DNA of 64,000 nucleotides from Candidatus Bathyarchaeota archaeon (GCA_963726255.1 CAVSBL010000002.1:1664001-1728000), one strand, 5' to 3'. Shown: positions 41,608 to 52,552, numbered from the stretch's first letter. Notes: generated by a model not told the origin, from the sequence alone. Program-made: numbers and translations.

Positions 41608-41859
41608 AACAAAATGGAACGATTCAACGGAGAGTTACGCGACCGAGAAAAAGTAATGCGCTCACTCAAGAAAGAGGATACACCCATCATTTCAGGAGTC
41701 CAAATCTATCACAACTACATAAGACCTCATGTAGGATTAAACGGCGTGACACCCGCAGAAAAGGCTGGTATCGAGGTTAAAGGAGAAGATAAGTGGCTGA
41801 CTCTAATCCAAAACGCTGCCCAAAGCCGACATATATCAAGATACGGATTGCATACTTAA
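41605..41859 (+). pseudogene. DDE transposase C-terminal fragment (archaeal IS6-like)
   Basis: NKMERFNG..RDR...IYHNYIRPH..L.G.TPAE.AGI...KWLTLIQNA. Contains only the catalytic Glu region. Confidence 0.85.
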
Positions 41860-41904
41860 TCATACGGATTGCATACTAATCTTTATTACGGTGTCATCCG
41901 TATG
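41841..41904. repeat. Direct repeat ATACGGATTGCATACT x2 plus inverted half-copy around a TATA box
   Basis: Copies at 41841-41856 and 41862-41877, CTTTATTA at 41881, ATCCGTATG at 41896-41904. Confidence 0.8.
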
Positions 41905-41944
41905 AACATACGCTGGGAAACCGCTACGGACGGAGGTGAATCGA

Positions 41945-42628
41945 TTGAAGCTTGGCGAGTATACCATTCCTGACAATCCTAACAGACTTCCATTGCTAGT
42001 CGAAGTAACGAAGAAAATCTATGACACATACAAATCGGACGCTATTCCAAATGCCACAAAGAATGACGCGCTTGCCCAGTTACTTGGGTTCAAGTCATCA
42101 AACAATGGTGCATATTGGAATCGTCTCACGGCATTGCGAACATACGGATTGCTTGAGGGCCGAGGGGACTTGCGAGTCTCGCAGCTAGGAAAGGACCTGA
42201 CATACGGGACAGGTGAAACAAAATCACATGCAGCCTTCAAAGCGTTTCAAAACATCGGGCTTTGGAGGGAACTATACAAAGCGCACAGATTTCAGCTACC
42301 AACTCAGGATTTCTGGGCGAAACTTGCGAAGATTGCGAATTGCGAACCGCCAGTAGCCAAAAGTAATCAACAGTATGTTAGCGAGGCTTTCGCAGAGGAT
42401 TCAAAACTCATTACATCCAGCAAACAAGGTACAGGTGGCGAGGATGAAATGACATCATTGGAGCAACAACCTCAGGGAACCCCTCAATACATCGAAATTA
42501 AGGCAGGACCGTACTTCCATCGGCTTCCCTTCACGACCCAGGGGAAGAAAATCGCGTTGGAAGCCCTACAACTGCTCGAAGTACCAGAAACCAAAGTGAC
42601 TGAGAAAACCGACAAAAGAGAGAGGTAA
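41945..42628 (+). CDS. Cargo protein with winged-helix-like N-terminal domain
   Basis: RBS GGAGGTGA then TTG 41945. 'LAQLLG.KS..NGAY...LTAL..YGLLE......VSQLG' wHTH-like pattern. Confidence 0.7.
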   Translation: MKLGEYTIPDNPNRLPLLVEVTKKIYDTYKSDAIPNATKNDALAQLLGFKSSNNGAYWNRLTALRTYGLLEGRGDLRVSQLGKDLTYGTGETKSHAAFKAFQNIGLWRELYKAHRFQLPTQDFWAKLAKIANCEPPVAKSNQQYVSEAFAEDSKLITSSKQGTGGEDEMTSLEQQPQGTPQYIEIKAGPYFHRLPFTTQGKKIALEALQLLEVPETKVTEKTDKRER

Positions 42629-42686
42629 AGGCGACATGAACCAGTTGAGACGGAATAGGTAACCAAATTGAATTGGAGGTGAAAAA

Positions 42687-42869
42687 ATGGCAACTAAGGG
42701 CGCGGGTGTCAATGTATTCATGCTGATGGGCAAGTTACGAGCACTAGAGAAAAGACTCGACACTATGCAGCATACAATGGAAAACATGAATACCAAAATT
42801 GATGACATCCGCAGCACACTGAACGAGATTAAGCCGCCAGTAGTCAAAGCTTTGGAGAGGTCTGAGTGA
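42687..42869 (+). CDS. Small coiled-coil cargo protein, 60 aa
   Basis: Strong RBS GGAGGTGA, heptad-like L/M/I repeat. Confidence 0.65.
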   Translation: MATKGAGVNVFMLMGKLRALEKRLDTMQHTMENMNTKIDDIRSTLNEIKPPVVKALERSE

Positions 42870-43177
42870 GAACCACTCGCCTCACTAAAGTGGTCAATCG
42901 CCATGTTCAACGTGGGGTTGACTATGCTACTTCAGACGGTGTCGTCGCGTTGCTTCGCGAGCATTCGAAGAAACGTGACCTTCCACTTTTCCGCATGCTT
43001 GAAATTCTCGCTGAAGGTAAAGTAACTAGCGTCTCTTTCACGAGGGCTTCACCGTATTTCCGGTTCTATGCAAGTGCGACCACTAACGGTGATAAGCTAG
43101 CCATCATAACCATCAATACAGACGAGGGCGAGTATGAAACGACGCTCGATTTATCGCAGTTAGCCGATGAAGAATAA
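42866..43177 (+). CDS. Hypothetical cargo protein, 103 aa
   Basis: GTGA overlap with the upstream ORF (translational coupling). Confidence 0.6.
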   Translation: MRTTRLTKVVNRHVQRGVDYATSDGVVALLREHSKKRDLPLFRMLEILAEGKVTSVSFTRASPYFRFYASATTNGDKLAIITINTDEGEYETTLDLSQLADEE

Positions 43178-43341
43178 AAGATAGTCCAAATCAGGCAAAT
43201 GAAGGAAAAACGGTTTGTACAACATTTTCGTGTTCTTAAGGCGTACGACGGCCTCAATACTTTCGACCATGTCAGTGTCTAAACTGTTATATCCTCTCAG
43301 TTTTCAGTAGGACACCGAGTCATACTACCTCGGTGCGATTA

Positions 43342-43662
43342 ATGCCAAATGGTTTCGTGAATGGAAACATCGTTTCCATGCCCTGCTTGATTAGTTCCGG
43401 TATGTCATCTTTTGAACGGTACGTTAGGATTGAAGCTGAACCCGAGCGGATTACTGGTTTTGTCAATATTTCGTCGATTGTCGATAGCTCACAAAATAAC
43501 CATGAACCAGTGCGTAAGGGGAATGTCAAAGCCATCATCGTCGCGTTTTCCAAGGCTGATGTGAGATTACTATTTTCAGGTCAAGACCTTCACCCATCCA
43601 ATCCAGCGCCGGTATCTGTAGACTGGTTAGGAAGATGCGCACAACTCGTAGGCAAGAAATAG
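43342..43662 (+). CDS. Hypothetical cargo protein upstream of dcd
   Basis: ORF ending 9 nt before dcd on the same strand. Start ATG 43342 or GTG 43333. Confidence 0.55.
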   Translation: MPNGFVNGNIVSMPCLISSGMSSFERYVRIEAEPERITGFVNISSIVDSSQNNHEPVRKGNVKAIIVAFSKADVRLLFSGQDLHPSNPAPVSVDWLGRCAQLVGKK

Positions 43663-43671
43663 GTCAGTTCG

Positions 43672-44247
43672 TTGATACTAAGTCATTCTGACTTAGTACG
43701 CGCATGGAAAAAACGACGCATCACCTTCGACCCAGATATTACATTAGACCAGATTACTCTGTCGTCCATAGATTTGCGGTTAGGATGCGAGTTCGCGAAA
43801 CTACAGCCAAAGCAAGGCTTAACCATTAATCCTTCTCTTGACGATTTCGACCCTGAGGGACTCTATACTCGCGAGGACCTAAGTCAGCCCGACAGTCTAG
43901 GAAGGCCACGTCTTTTCAAGCTGGACCCAGGTGAATTTGTCGTGGGCTTCACTTATGAGAAGATTCAACTATCCACCAAGCTGGTGGCAAGCATAGAGGG
44001 ACGAACACGGCTTGCGAGGTACGGCCTTTCTGTCCATACAACTGCACCGCATATTCATCCTGCGTTCGGTGGACCTATCGCCTTAGAACTTCACAATATA
44101 GGACCAATTTCGATTCAATTGCGGCCAAAATTAGACAAGATTTGTCAGTTAATCATACATGAACTAAAATCACCCGTATCACTGAAACTTGCTAGCGCCA
44201 TGGGCACTTTCATGCACCAAAAGACAGCCTACCGGCGGCCGCGGTAG
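43672..44247 (+). CDS. dcd: dCTP deaminase (trimeric dUTPase fold), motif-divergent
   Basis: MILS..D, SSIDLRLG, L.PGEF....T.E, EGR..LAR.GL.VH.TAP.I.P.F.G.I.LEL.N, ICQL. Confidence 0.85.
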   Translation: MILSHSDLVRAWKKRRITFDPDITLDQITLSSIDLRLGCEFAKLQPKQGLTINPSLDDFDPEGLYTREDLSQPDSLGRPRLFKLDPGEFVVGFTYEKIQLSTKLVASIEGRTRLARYGLSVHTTAPHIHPAFGGPIALELHNIGPISIQLRPKLDKICQLIIHELKSPVSLKLASAMGTFMHQKTAYRRPR

Positions 44248-45250
44248 CAAGAAGATTAAGTGACATGCGCTGTTTTATTCGACGCGAGTTACCACCGTGA
44301 TTTTTTTCGTCGTCCGCCACCAAGTAAACAGAGCCATCGTGGTTAACTCGTTTCAAGACAATATCGGCCAGAGCCGATATGAAAGTAGGGCTTGTGTCCA
44401 AGGACTCAGTCCGCTTCAGGTTCAGGCCATGTGTACTTGCAAACTCTTTGGCTTCTACGTCGATATCGTACAAGATTTCAAGGTGGTCGGCGACGAAGCC
44501 TATCGGAACAACGAGAACGTTAGAGTCCTTATCATGTTGACTTAGTTCTTGGAGCGATTCTAGGATATCTGGGCCAAGCCATTTCTCCGCCGTTTGCCCG
44601 GCACTCTGATAGGCGAACGACCAGTGGTCGAGGTGCAGGAGCTCTGCGACGGCTTGGCATGAGCTATGCAATTGTGAAGGGTACGGATCGTGGTGCTCAA
44701 GGATTCGCTCGGGTAGGCTATGTGCTGTGAACAATAATTCGACACTACTCGACTTGGGAAACTGCTCCAAAGCGAGCTTGACCTTTTCGGCGACCGCACG
44801 ATGGAATAGGGGATGGTCGTACCAGCTATCAACGAAGTCCACCCGCATGTCGCGGGTGGCAGCCAGCGCCTTATCGAGGGCTTGCTTGTACCCTCCAATA
44901 CTGATATTGGAATAGTGTGGGGACAGTGCCAACGCGACGATTCGACGAAAACCGTCATTCGCGATTCTCGGAACGACCTCACCAAGGTAGGGATGCCAAT
45001 GTTTCATCCCAACATAAACTCGAGTCTCCACTCCTTGTGCGCCCAGAGACTTCTCTAGGGCTGAGGCTTGTGCATTCGAAATATCGAGGAGTGGAGAACG
45101 GCCACCGATCTTCCTGTATCGGTCTATCAGGTTTTCCACGGCGCTTTGAGTTGGTTTGCGGCCTCTCCTGACATCGGTCAAGTATGCTTCCATATCCTTC
45201 TCTGAGGTTGGAGTACCGTAAGCCATCAGGAGAACGGCGAGGTCCGGCAA
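44210..45250 (-). CDS. cpfC: Coproporphyrin ferrochelatase (C-terminus replaced by the transposon end)
   Basis: LMAYGTP, Y..IGG.SPL, GMKHW.P, PHYS, FTAHSLP, YQSAG, FVADHLEILYDID (Firmicutes-like CpfC/HemH). Confidence 0.9.
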   Translation of the reverse strand: MPDLAVLLMAYGTPTSEKDMEAYLTDVRRGRKPTQSAVENLIDRYRKIGGRSPLLDISNAQASALEKSLGAQGVETRVYVGMKHWHPYLGEVVPRIANDGFRRIVALALSPHYSNISIGGYKQALDKALAATRDMRVDFVDSWYDHPLFHRAVAEKVKLALEQFPKSSSVELLFTAHSLPERILEHHDPYPSQLHSSCQAVAELLHLDHWSFAYQSAGQTAEKWLGPDILESLQELSQHDKDSNVLVVPIGFVADHLEILYDIDVEAKEFASTHGLNLKRTESLDTSPTFISALADIVLKRVNHDGSVYLVADDEKNHGGNSRRIKQRMSLNLLATAAAGRLSFGA

Positions 45251-45259
45251 ATTTGACGC

Positions 45260-46291
45260 CTAACCAGAATTCTTAGTCGAGTCGTGAACGAATTTCACAA
45301 GTTCAATAACGTTCTGTGGTGATGTTTCGGGCAGCATTCCATGTCCCAAGTTGAAAATATGACCCACTTTTCCCCTGGTTTTCGTCAGGATTTCCGTGGC
45401 GTGCGATCTGATTAGCTCTGGGTTCCCGAGCAAGACGGCCGGGTCTAGATTACCTTGAATTGCAACATCACTTCCAAGCCGTGCCCAAGCAAGGTCGATG
45501 GGAATCCTCCAATCAACTCCGAAGACATCTCCCCCCGCCTGCTTCATTTCTTCGAGTAGGTTTGATGTTCCAGTTCCGAAGTGAATGCGCGGCACGCCGG
45601 TCGCCTCCAACTCTTTGAAGATTCGGCGGGAATAGGGAAGCACGTACTGATGGTAGTCTTGCGGGCTGAGGCAGCCAACCCAACTGTCGAAAAGTTGAAC
45701 GATGTCGACTCCCGCCTTGATTTGCGCTTGTAAGTAACTTGCCATGGCGGTCGATAACCTATCCATCAAGGCATGCCAAGTCTTCGGGTCGCGGTACATT
45801 AGAGCCTTCGTGTTCACGAAATCCCTCGTCGGCCTTCCCTCGATAATGTAACTCGCTAATGTGAATGGCGCCCCGGAGAAACCAATCAAGGGAACATCAA
45901 GCATCTTCTTGGTCTGGGCAATCGCTTCGAGAACAAAGGGCACGTCATTCCTCGGGTCAAGATTCGTTAAGGAATTGGCGGAATCTAAACTCCGGATTGG
46001 TTCTTGAATCAAAGGCCCGAGGCCCTCTTTGATTTCGAACTTTACTCCCATGCCTTGCAGAGGCAGCATGATGTCAGCGAACATTATCCCGGCATCCACG
46101 CCCAGAGTTTCTACGGGCATCGTGGTAACTTTCGCGCATAAGTCAGGATTCTTGCATATGGAAATCACATCATGCTTCTCTCTGACCTTCCTGTACTCTG
46201 GTAGGTACCTGCCCGCTTGTCGCATAAACCAGACAGGAGTGGCGTCGACGGGTTGGCGTCGACAAGCTTTGATGAGGCGGTCATTCAACAT
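45260..46291 (-). CDS. hemE: Uroporphyrinogen decarboxylase
   Basis: PVWFMRQAGRYLPEY, F.DI, GFSGAPFTLASY, QLFDSW, QGNLDP, IFNLGHG. Confidence 0.96.
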   Translation of the reverse strand: MLNDRLIKACRRQPVDATPVWFMRQAGRYLPEYRKVREKHDVISICKNPDLCAKVTTMPVETLGVDAGIMFADIMLPLQGMGVKFEIKEGLGPLIQEPIRSLDSANSLTNLDPRNDVPFVLEAIAQTKKMLDVPLIGFSGAPFTLASYIIEGRPTRDFVNTKALMYRDPKTWHALMDRLSTAMASYLQAQIKAGVDIVQLFDSWVGCLSPQDYHQYVLPYSRRIFKELEATGVPRIHFGTGTSNLLEEMKQAGGDVFGVDWRIPIDLAWARLGSDVAIQGNLDPAVLLGNPELIRSHATEILTKTRGKVGHIFNLGHGMLPETSPQNVIELVKFVHDSTKNSG

Positions 46292-46370
46292 TGGCCGTAA
46301 CCATCCCAACGTCCCTCATCGAAGGCTGAAGATTCATACTCCAAAAGCAAGAAATGAAAGGGTTCGAAAG

Positions 46371-48085
<1,715 letters not shown>

Positions 48086-48105
<20 letters not shown>

Positions 48106-48874
48106 CAACTATTGCCTCTACTAAAGCATCGACCGTGTGAATGCCCGCAACAATGTTCACGCGTATACCCAGTTCCTTGGTTGCTTGGACCGTTACGGGG
48201 CCAATGCAAGCAACCTTGACGTTGCTCAAAATCTGGCGTAATCTATCGTCTCCGAGGACTTGGGCTAGGTTATGGACAGTGGATGGGCTGGTGAAAGTCA
48301 CTAGGTCTATTCCTCTCATGAATATGGAATTGACGCGTTCAGGCGTCAAATCCGGTGGGATGACCGTCTGATATGCAACAACCTCTTCAACCAACGCTCC
48401 ACGTCTTCGCAATAGTTCTGGGAGTTTCTTTGACGCTATGTCCGCGCGTGGGAGAAGGATTCGTTTCCCCCTAACATTGCCTAGTCCATCAGCTATCTTC
48501 TCGGAGAGGAACTCGTTAGGAACAAATTCCGGTTTCTTCGTCGCCCGCTCCAACTCCGACGCTGTGGCAGGCCCGATCGCGGCTACCATGACCTCTCTTA
48601 AGACCGTGGGCGAGATTCCGGTGCTGGCTAGGCGTTTCATCAGGAACCTGACGCCATAAACACTTGTGAATATGATCCAATGATAGTCGCTGAGTCTCCG
48701 TAACGCTTGGTCCAAGGGGTCATTGTCTTGGGCGTGGACTACCTCGATGGTTGGCAGTTCGATTGTCTCTGCTCCGAGGTCACGCAGTTTCTCGGAGAGA
48801 GTTTGAGCCTGTTCAACGGGGCGGGTTACCAAGACCCTGACCCCTGAGAGTGGTCTTAGAGAGGCTGATTGCAT
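48086..48874 (-). CDS. hemD: Uroporphyrinogen-III synthase
   Basis: VLVTRP, IFTS..GV, AIGPATA, FTSPSTV, CIGPVT. Confidence 0.92.
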
Positions 48875-49791
48875 CAGGCGGCCTCCAAAACTATTCCAGC
48901 ACCTTTCTTCAGCAGTGATTCCGCCAGCTCTCGCCCTGCTCTCTCAGCGTTGGGGCTATCCGAAGAAATTCGGCCGCGCAGAACCAGTTTCCCACTGGCC
49001 GCGGCGACCATCCCTTCGATAGTTAACGTCCCATCCGCAAACCTCGCGTAAGCCGCTGTAGGAGTCCGACAATTGGCCCCAAGCCCTCGCGCGAACCCAC
49101 GCTCAGCCTCAATTGCCCGGCGCGTCGGCTCATGATCCAGCTTTGCAACCAGGTCCCGAACCTCAGCATCTTCTTCCCGGCTCTGAACTGCGACCGCTCC
49201 CTGCCCAACCGCAGGCAGCATTACATCGGGCGAAAGAAATTGAGTTACCTTCTTTTCAAGTCCAAGCCTTATCAGCCCAGCAGCCGCAAGCACTATCGCG
49301 TCGCAACCGCCCTTCCCGAGTTTTCCCATGCGCGTGTCAACGTTTCCGCGCATCTCAACGATTTCTAGGTCACCACGCGCGGCTAGAAGCTGCGCTTTCC
49401 GCCTAGCGCTGCTAGTTCCAACTCTTGCCCCGCCGTCGAGCTGCTCAAGTTTCTTCTTGTCTCGTGAGATTAGGACATCACGTGGGTCAACTCGTTTAGG
49501 GACACAGGCGATCACAAGGCCTGGGGACAAATCGGTGGTAAGGTCCTTCATGCTATGGACAGCTAAGTCGACACGACCCCGAATTAGTGAATCCTCGATC
49601 TCCTTCGTGAACACACTCTTACTTTCCAGCGCACCCGTTCCAGCCCCTTCTATAGTGTCTCCCTGAGTCTTGATCGAAACAACTTCGCATCGAACTTGAG
49701 GCGCAACTTTCCTCAGCGAATTAACAACTTCATTTGTTTGCGCCATTGCAAGCGCACTGCCCCTCGTCCCAATCAAGATGCGTTGCTTCAT
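48874..49791 (-). CDS. hemC: Hydroxymethylbilane synthase
   Basis: IGTRGS.LA..Q, FTKEIE, AVHSMKD, GTSS.RR, RGNVDTR, PAVGQG, ANCRTP. ATG 49791. Confidence 0.95.
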   Translation of the reverse strand: MKQRILIGTRGSALAMAQTNEVVNSLRKVAPQVRCEVVSIKTQGDTIEGAGTGALESKSVFTKEIEDSLIRGRVDLAVHSMKDLTTDLSPGLVIACVPKRVDPRDVLISRDKKKLEQLDGGARVGTSSARRKAQLLAARGDLEIVEMRGNVDTRMGKLGKGGCDAIVLAAAGLIRLGLEKKVTQFLSPDVMLPAVGQGAVAVQSREEDAEVRDLVAKLDHEPTRRAIEAERGFARGLGANCRTPTAAYARFADGTLTIEGMVAAASGKLVLRGRISSDSPNAERAGRELAESLLKKGAGIVLEAA

Positions 49792-49811
49792 TGTTCGTTG
49801 TCCTGGTGCTT

Positions 49812-50414
49812 TCAAGCCCTGTTGTGTTCGGAGCTCGGCCGCATTGCTTTGAGGAAGAAATCGTAAAGGTAAGCCGCTGCCTCTGACTGTTTGTACCTTC
49901 TCTGGAAATGGATCTGCTGAAAGACGATGCGGTTCATCATACCAAGCAGACATTCGGCCGCCATCTTCGGGTCCGTATCGCGAAATTCTCGTTCAGCGAC
50001 GCCACTTCGAATGATTCCTGTTAACAGAGATTGAATCTGAGTGAGCTCGGCTTGAAGGCTGTTTCGTCCGATGGAATCAAGCTCTGTTGAGTTCCTGACG
50101 TAGAGGCCGACGTTCAAGCGTTCCTTCGGGAAACCGGTGAGGTAAGTGTGAATGAACGCTCGGACCTGTGAGGTGGGATTCTCAGACTTTCCGCATTCGT
50201 CAGTCAGTAGCGTGATGAACCCTTTCATGCTTACGCTTTCGCGCACAACTGCGTCGAACAGGGCCTCCTTATTTCTGAAGTAGTAGTAGAGGGTGGGGGC
50301 AGTGACGTTGGCGGCTCTACATATGTCGCGGATGGCCACGTTAGGAAAACCGCGTTTGGTGAAGAGGCCTTTGGCGACTTCGAGTATTCTGTGCTCTTGG
50401 TTAACGTTCGACAT
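49812..50414 (-). CDS. TetR-family transcriptional regulator
   Basis: ILE.A..LF...GF....IRDI...A.V...TLYYYF.NKEALF. Confidence 0.92.
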   Translation of the reverse strand: MSNVNQEHRILEVAKGLFTKRGFPNVAIRDICRAANVTAPTLYYYFRNKEALFDAVVRESVSMKGFITLLTDECGKSENPTSQVRAFIHTYLTGFPKERLNVGLYVRNSTELDSIGRNSLQAELTQIQSLLTGIIRSGVAEREFRDTDPKMAAECLLGMMNRIVFQQIHFQRRYKQSEAAAYLYDFFLKAMRPSSEHNRA

Positions 50415-50423
50415 TTTGCTAGT

Positions 50424-51587
50424 TCAGCTCAGATCTCTGTTTGTCAGAGGCAATGTCTCAGTTAGGTTTCCCTCCGGGAGGTATGGACATGCAGGGTCTT
50501 CTTGGAGCGGGTCGTCGTATTCGGCGAAAGCCCTTGACCTTGAGCCTCCGCAGACTTCCTTGTACTCGCATTTGCCGCACCGCCCCTTCAGGTTTGACGA
50601 ATCCCTTAGTGCGGTGAATAGCGGGCTAGACCTGTAGATTGTTCCTAGGTCGTCTTCCGGCACCTTGCCTGAGCTGAGGGGTAGAAAACCGCTTGGGTAT
50701 ACCTCTCCGTCGTGTGCGACGAACATGATACCTTTCCCGTCCCTTGTTTGGGTTGACTTCAGTACAGCTCCGCTTGTAGGTTGCCCTTCGAGAAGCCGCA
50801 ACCTCGCAACTAAGCTGAGGTACGGTTCTCCATTTGGTGGATTCTTGTTCTTCACTCGCTCTATGCGTACCCTTCTAAAATTCGGTCCTTCAGCAGTCCT
50901 GACGGGGATACCGTAATGCGCGGCATCAAAAAGAAAGTGCATGACTCCCTCGCATTCTGTAGGTTCGAGGGCCTCGAGGGCTGCTCCCCGACCTGTTCGA
51001 ATCAGGAAGAAGACTTCCCAAGCAACCGCTCCGGTTTCCCTGACGATGTGAAAGATATCAGCTAACTCACCGAGGTTACTTCTCATAACCGTCGTGTTGA
51101 TTTGCGCCCGTAATCCTAACCGTCTGGCCAAATTTAGCGACTGTATTGTTTCGTTCCACGTGCCCCGGATTCCGCGGAGCCGGTCATGAGTTTCTGGCGA
51201 CGCCCCATCGAGGCTAACTGACATAATGTCAACCCCAAGCTCCCTCATTCGCGACATTGATGATTCATTTAGCTTGGGCGTCACGCTGGCAGCAACCGCA
51301 ACGTAAATTCCAAGGCTCTTCGCCCGCTCAACCAAGTCGAAGAAGTCGTCTCGCATAAGGGGGTCTCCGCCCGTTAAGAGAAGAGCGGGATACGGTTCCC
51401 CGAATTCTGTAAGTTGATCGATGAGCCTCATGCTCTGCTCGTGGTTGAGCTCACCCGCCATGGGTTTCCTGATGGCTTTGGCTCTACAGTGTTTGCATGC
51501 CAATAAGCAGGCCTTGGTTGTTTCCCAGCAAACAAAGATCGGAGCCTCAGAGAGGTCACTCCTCATCGTCCAAGGCGGTTTCGTCAT
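50424..51587 (-). CDS. Radical SAM/SPASM protein, AhbD/NirJ-like
   Basis: WETTKACLLACKHCRA, LTGGDPL.R.D, SLDG....HD..RG, G.VYPSGFLP, CG.CEY...CGGSRSRA, DP.C.Y. Confidence 0.85.
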   Translation of the reverse strand: MTKPPWTMRSDLSEAPIFVCWETTKACLLACKHCRAKAIRKPMAGELNHEQSMRLIDQLTEFGEPYPALLLTGGDPLMRDDFFDLVERAKSLGIYVAVAASVTPKLNESSMSRMRELGVDIMSVSLDGASPETHDRLRGIRGTWNETIQSLNLARRLGLRAQINTTVMRSNLGELADIFHIVRETGAVAWEVFFLIRTGRGAALEALEPTECEGVMHFLFDAAHYGIPVRTAEGPNFRRVRIERVKNKNPPNGEPYLSLVARLRLLEGQPTSGAVLKSTQTRDGKGIMFVAHDGEVYPSGFLPLSSGKVPEDDLGTIYRSSPLFTALRDSSNLKGRCGKCEYKEVCGGSRSRAFAEYDDPLQEDPACPYLPEGNLTETLPLTNRDLS

Positions 51588-51778
51588 TTCACCAACTCCG
51601 AGTCCAAAGCCAGTTAGGCTAATCCGCTGGTTCCAATCTTCTATTTAACGTTCGTTATATAACCCCGCCAAGCAAATGCACGCACTCCGGCCCGGCCGTG
51701 ATTTTTCTTTACTCTATTTGGCCTTCGGTGAAGCTTAAGTTCCTGAACGTTACGTGGTTGATGGTTCGTGAACAGGGT

Positions 51779-52552
51779 TTGACGTACCAAAATATTCTGG
51801 TTAGCAAAGATGGAAAGCTTGGCATAGTTCAACTGAACCGTCCCAAGGTTTTGAACGCGCTTAACTTCGATCTCATGGCCGAGCTAGTCAATGCTTTCGA
51901 AGAATTGGATAAGGACCAGAGCGTACATGCGATAATCTTGACTGGGGGCGCTAGTGCCTTCGCTGCGGGAGCAGACTTACGTGAGATGGCCGAGGCCACA
52001 CCGGTTGACCTAGTGCTTGGCCGACGCTTTGAACTCTGGGATCGCATAAGAAAAATCTCGAAACCCATCATAGCTGCAGTGAGCGGTTACTGCTTGGGCG
52101 GAGGAAATGAGTTAGCTATGAACTGCGACATTATCATCGCATCGGAAGCTGCGACTTTCGGTCAACCGGAAGTTAACGTAGGAATCATGCCAGGAGCCGG
52201 TGGCACACAAAGGTTGACGCGGGCTGTTGGTAAGTACAAGGCTATGGAGATGATACTGACGGGCAAACCTATTTCGGCTGAGGAAGCGTTCAGAGTGGGC
52301 CTTGTTAATCGCGTTGTCCCGGCGGAAAGTTTGATGGATGAGGCTAAGAAGATTGCTAGTGAGATTGCGTCCAAACCCACGATATCGGTCAGAGCTGCAA
52401 AAGAAGCGATATTGAGAGCGCAAGATACGACGCTGGAGGTTGGGTTGGAATTCGAGCGTAAAGCGTTCTACATGTTGTTCGCTACCGAGGACGGCAAAGA
52501 AGGCATGAAGGCCTTCTTGGAGAAAAGAAAACCTGCCTTTAAGGGAAAATGA
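51779..52552 (+). CDS. Enoyl-CoA hydratase (PaaF-like)
   Basis: LNRP..LNAL, AFAAGADL, LGGG.ELA, FGQPE...G..PGAGGTQRL. Confidence 0.9.
   Translation: MTYQNILVSKDGKLGIVQLNRPKVLNALNFDLMAELVNAFEELDKDQSVHAIILTGGASAFAAGADLREMAEATPVDLVLGRRFELWDRIRKISKPIIAAVSGYCLGGGNELAMNCDIIIASEAATFGQPEVNVGIMPGAGGTQRLTRAVGKYKAMEMILTGKPISAEEAFRVGLVNRVVPAESLMDEAKKIASEIASKPTISVRAAKEAILRAQDTTLEVGLEFERKAFYMLFATEDGKEGMKAFLEKRKPAFKGK

Larger units (their letters stand above)
41104..44335. mobile_element. IS6-like cargo-carrying transposon (3232 bp, non-autonomous)
   Basis: Ends GGTTCTGTTTACT / GGCTCTGTTTACT (reverse complement), about 60-bp imperfect TIRs, perfect 8-bp TSD ATCGTGGT (41096-41103, 44336-44343), internal transposase remnant, more AT-rich interior. 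Confidence 0.9.

Noticed and set aside
41841-41880. CRISPR array
   Set aside because: Only two 16-bp copies with a 5-bp gap and no cas genes. No CRISPR array was seen anywhere in the window.
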